Part shown: piece after piece, positions 17,035 through 19,152 of the stretch
How positions within the stretch are numbered: position 1 is the stretch's first letter
Layout: every line of letters begins with the position of its first letter
Assembly: GCA_040222015.1 (NCBI GenBank)
Contig: JAVJWO010000203.1
Location: 1 to 19,152 of the forward strand
Length of the DNA: 19,152 nucleotides
Direction: 5' to 3'
Source of the DNA: Coleofasciculus chthonoplastes F2-STO-03
GTDB taxonomy: Bacteria > Cyanobacteriota > Cyanobacteriia > Cyanobacteriales > Coleofasciculaceae
Notes under the pieces: model-generated
Seen by the model: the letters and a program-made list of their open reading frames with translations, nothing else
Told to the model about the DNA's origin: nothing
Database searches by the model: none
Position numbers and translations under genes: made by a program

Positions 17035-17184
17035 ATTAGTAATGGTATAATCAGCTTGTTAATATTCAGGATACATGAATTTAAAGTTTAACTCTCTAGT
17101 GTTTGGTCATATTCACAAACACTTTACATAGAGCAATAAATGCAGTTATTAGTAATTTAAATGAGTATTAAGAACAAATTTACA

Positions 17185-17216
17185 TAGATGAGAGATGACA
17201 CCTGTCACTCCATCTA
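17185..17216. promoter_or_regulatory. Imperfect palindrome in an AT-rich divergent intergenic region
   Basis: TAGATG-AGAG-A-TGACA-CC-TGTCA-CTC-CATCTA; function unknown. Confidence 0.3.
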
Positions 17217-17367
17217 CCTTGATGAAACTACGCCAATATTTGTAAAATAAGTTTATAATATTTAAATAAACTTAACTATATTAACCAAACAAGTCGTTAT
17301 ATTTATAAGATAAACTTATCAAAACCCATAGAGTTTATCTTCACACAATATTTAAGAATTGCCCCTT

Positions 17368-17511
17368 GACAAAGGACAAAGGACAAAGGACAAAGGACAA
17401 AGGACAAAGGACAAAGGACGGACAAAGGACGGACAAAGAAAGGACAAAGAAAGGACAAAGGACAAAGGACAAAGGACGGACAAAGAAAGGACAAAGGACA
17501 AAGGACAAAGG
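17368..17511. repeat. Heptamer tandem array (GACAAAG)n, about 20 units with interruptions, STRR-like
   Basis: Direct reading; ends just before the ATG at 17513. Confidence 0.95.
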
Positions 17512-17512
17512 A

Positions 17513-17854
17513 ATGAATAAACTGTTGCCCGGTTTCTCCGAAGGCTTCCCTGTAGCGCTAAGAGTATGGTTAGTATTTTTGCTATGTCTGGTTTTACTTG
17601 GATACTCAGTTCCCTTCAGTATCGTGGTGGGCGCTGTTGGGGGAATTGCTAGCGGCTGGGTTGTAGCTTGGTGGAATAGTAAAGATGAACCGAGTACCGC
17701 ACCCTCTGACTCTGAACCCCAAGATGAGCCAGAGGAAGCCCCCGTCAAGTTAAGTGGATTAACCTTGGCGAAACAGCGTCGAGAGGCTAGAGCGAGGAAG
17801 CGTTCCCAGAAAAGCTCCATTCCTTTGACGGGATTATTAAACAGAAGTAAGTGA
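17513..17854 (+). CDS. Hypothetical small membrane protein
   Basis: 113 aa from ATG 17513; two hydrophobic segments, acidic linker, basic tail. The longer 17366 ORF only adds translated repeat. Confidence 0.75.
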   Translation: MNKLLPGFSEGFPVALRVWLVFLLCLVLLGYSVPFSIVVGAVGGIASGWVVAWWNSKDEPSTAPSDSEPQDEPEEAPVKLSGLTLAKQRREARARKRSQKSSIPLTGLLNRSK

Positions 17855-17910
17855 GCAATGGGGATTGAGTATTAGGTACGGGGGTTGAGAACCAAATCCC
17901 TAATCACCTC

Positions 17911-17940
17911 TTGTCATCTCTTTCGATTTGAGTAGATAAT
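17911..17940 (+). promoter_or_regulatory. Putative promoter for IS607 tnpA
   Basis: TTGTCA-18 nt-GATAAT upstream of tnpA. Confidence 0.4.
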
Positions 17941-17967
17941 AGAGTGAAGACTGTATCAGTAAACGAT

Positions 17968-18606
17968 ATGGAAACACCGGAAGTGACAATGAGCATAGGA
18001 GACGCGGCTAAGGAGCTAGGTGTCTCAGTAATCACACTAAGAAGGTGGGCAGACTCAGGGAAAATCCGTTCGGAGCGCTCACCTTCAGGGCAGAGAAGAT
18101 TTTTTCTAGCCGATATTAAGCGCATTACACCAAGAGAGCTTGGGACTCTAGATGAGCGCATCACAATCAACTATGCGCGTGTCTCAAGCCATGACCAAAA
18201 GCAAGACCTCATAAGACAAGCACAAGTTTTAGAAACTTTTAGTGCAGCTAATGGTTGGCAATACGAGACAATTCAAGACCTTGGCAGTGGTTTGAATTAC
18301 CAGAAAAAAGGATTACAAAAACTCCTGAAACGCATAATGAAAGGCAACGTTGGTCGATTAGTCCTGACTCACAAAGACCGATTGTTGCGCTTTGGTTCTG
18401 AGCTTGTCTTTGCCATGTGTGAAGAGTTTGAGACTGAAGTAGTAATCATCAACAAATCATCTGAGGAGTTAAGTTTTGAGCAAGAGTTAGTGACAGACAT
18501 GATTGAACTAATCACTGTATTTTCGGCTCGTTTGTATGGTTCACGTTCTCGGAAAAACAAAAATCTAATTGACGGCATGACTCAAGTGGTCAAGGATGTT
18601 CAATAA
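17968..18606 (+). CDS. tnpA: IS607-family transposase (MerR-like HTH + serine recombinase)
   Basis: SIGDAAKELGVSVITLRRW HTH; YARVSS catalytic motif, DLGSG, HKDRLLRFG, FSARLYGSRS; start could be 17944, 17968 or 17989. Confidence 0.95.
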   Translation: METPEVTMSIGDAAKELGVSVITLRRWADSGKIRSERSPSGQRRFFLADIKRITPRELGTLDERITINYARVSSHDQKQDLIRQAQVLETFSAANGWQYETIQDLGSGLNYQKKGLQKLLKRIMKGNVGRLVLTHKDRLLRFGSELVFAMCEEFETEVVIINKSSEELSFEQELVTDMIELITVFSARLYGSRSRKNKNLIDGMTQVVKDVQ

Positions 18607-19152
18607 TGCTATTAGGATTTAAAACCGAGCTAAAACTCAACAACAAACAGCGAACCGCATTAGCTAAACATTGTGGCGTTTCCCGCCATGCGTGGAATTG
18701 GGGTCTAGGTTTAACCAAGCAAATACTTGACCACAACCGGGACACAAGAGAGGATAAAATCAAGTTCCCCACTGGGATTGACTTACACAAGTGGTTAGTA
18801 GCGCTGGTTAAACCAATCTGCCCTTGGTACTATGAGGTGAGCAAATGCGCCCCCCAGTTTGCGCTTAGACAATTAGCCCAAGCTTGGAAAGCTGCGTTCA
18901 AGAAAAACAAAAAACCGCCTCAGTTCAAGCGCAAGGGAAAACATGACAGCTTTACTCTAGACGGGTCAATTAAGCTCGACCATTTTAAAATTAGAGTTCC
19001 GGTCATTGGTTGGCTAAGAACCCACGAACGGCTACCCGTTTGTTTTCAGCCCAAATCTGTGACCATATCCAGGACGGCTGACCGATGGTTTATCAGCTTT
19101 AAGCTGGAATATGAACCAGTCAACCGCCCCAAACCCCACCCTGTAGTGGGTG
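18606..19152 (+). CDS. tnpB: RNA-guided endonuclease TnpB (5' part; truncated by the window edge)
   Basis: Own translation, open to the window end: MLLGFKTELKLNNKQRTALAKHCGVSRHAWNWGL..PWYYEVSKCAPQFAL..PQFKRKG..DSF..IGWLR..SVTISRTADRWFISF..HPVVG (reaching RuvC-I). Confidence 0.93.
   Translation, partial: MLLGFKTELKLNNKQRTALAKHCGVSRHAWNWGLGLTKQILDHNRDTREDKIKFPTGIDLHKWLVALVKPICPWYYEVSKCAPQFALRQLAQAWKAAFKKNKKPPQFKRKGKHDSFTLDGSIKLDHFKIRVPVIGWLRTHERLPVCFQPKSVTISRTADRWFISFKLEYEPVNRPKPHPVVG

Larger units (their letters stand above)
17900..19152 (+). mobile_element. IS607-family element (left boundary approximate, right part outside the window)
   Basis: Serine-recombinase tnpA translationally coupled (TAATG) to tnpB. 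Confidence 0.9.

Noticed and set aside
17020..17527. Both divergent genes begin MNKLL (ATGAATAAACT)
   Set aside because: Only 11 nt of a common AT-rich start context; similarity does not extend.
17303..17820. Minus-strand LCPLSFV repeat ORFs and the 17366 N-terminal extension
   Set aside because: Translations of the heptamer array, or antisense to the 17513 gene.
235..18790. Remaining short ORFs nested in or antisense to the called genes
   Set aside because: Shadow frames of well-supported CDSs, with no motifs of their own.

Overview
Chromosomal window from a cyanobacterium: at least 18 HIP1 octamers (GCGATCGC) plus STRR-like tandem repeats; a filamentous Oscillatoriales-type host such as Coleofasciculus/Microcoleus is an inference. 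Recognisable genes are panB, an M48/HtpX-like TPR membrane protein with a degenerate zinc motif, a CAP/PR-1 protein, wecB, an HSL-family esterase, a DUF2259-like protein, msrP, a PD-(D/E)XK-like protein, a PiT transporter, a macrodomain protein, a DICT-GAF histidine kinase, a PEP-CTERM protein and an IS607 element (tnpA plus tnpB, cut by the window end). The intergenic DNA is unusually structured. It holds a family of GTAG-type REP/REPIN-like elements, one amplified into 4 left and 4 right arms and one interrupted by an IS4-like MITE with a 10-bp target duplication. It also holds two orphan IS200/IS605 right ends facing panB, a TA-bounded MITE, a decapitated histidine-kinase remnant, and a ~265-nt three-domain structured ncRNA candidate (8265-8530) that I cannot assign to a known family. 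No database searches or folding programs were run; all structures were read by eye.
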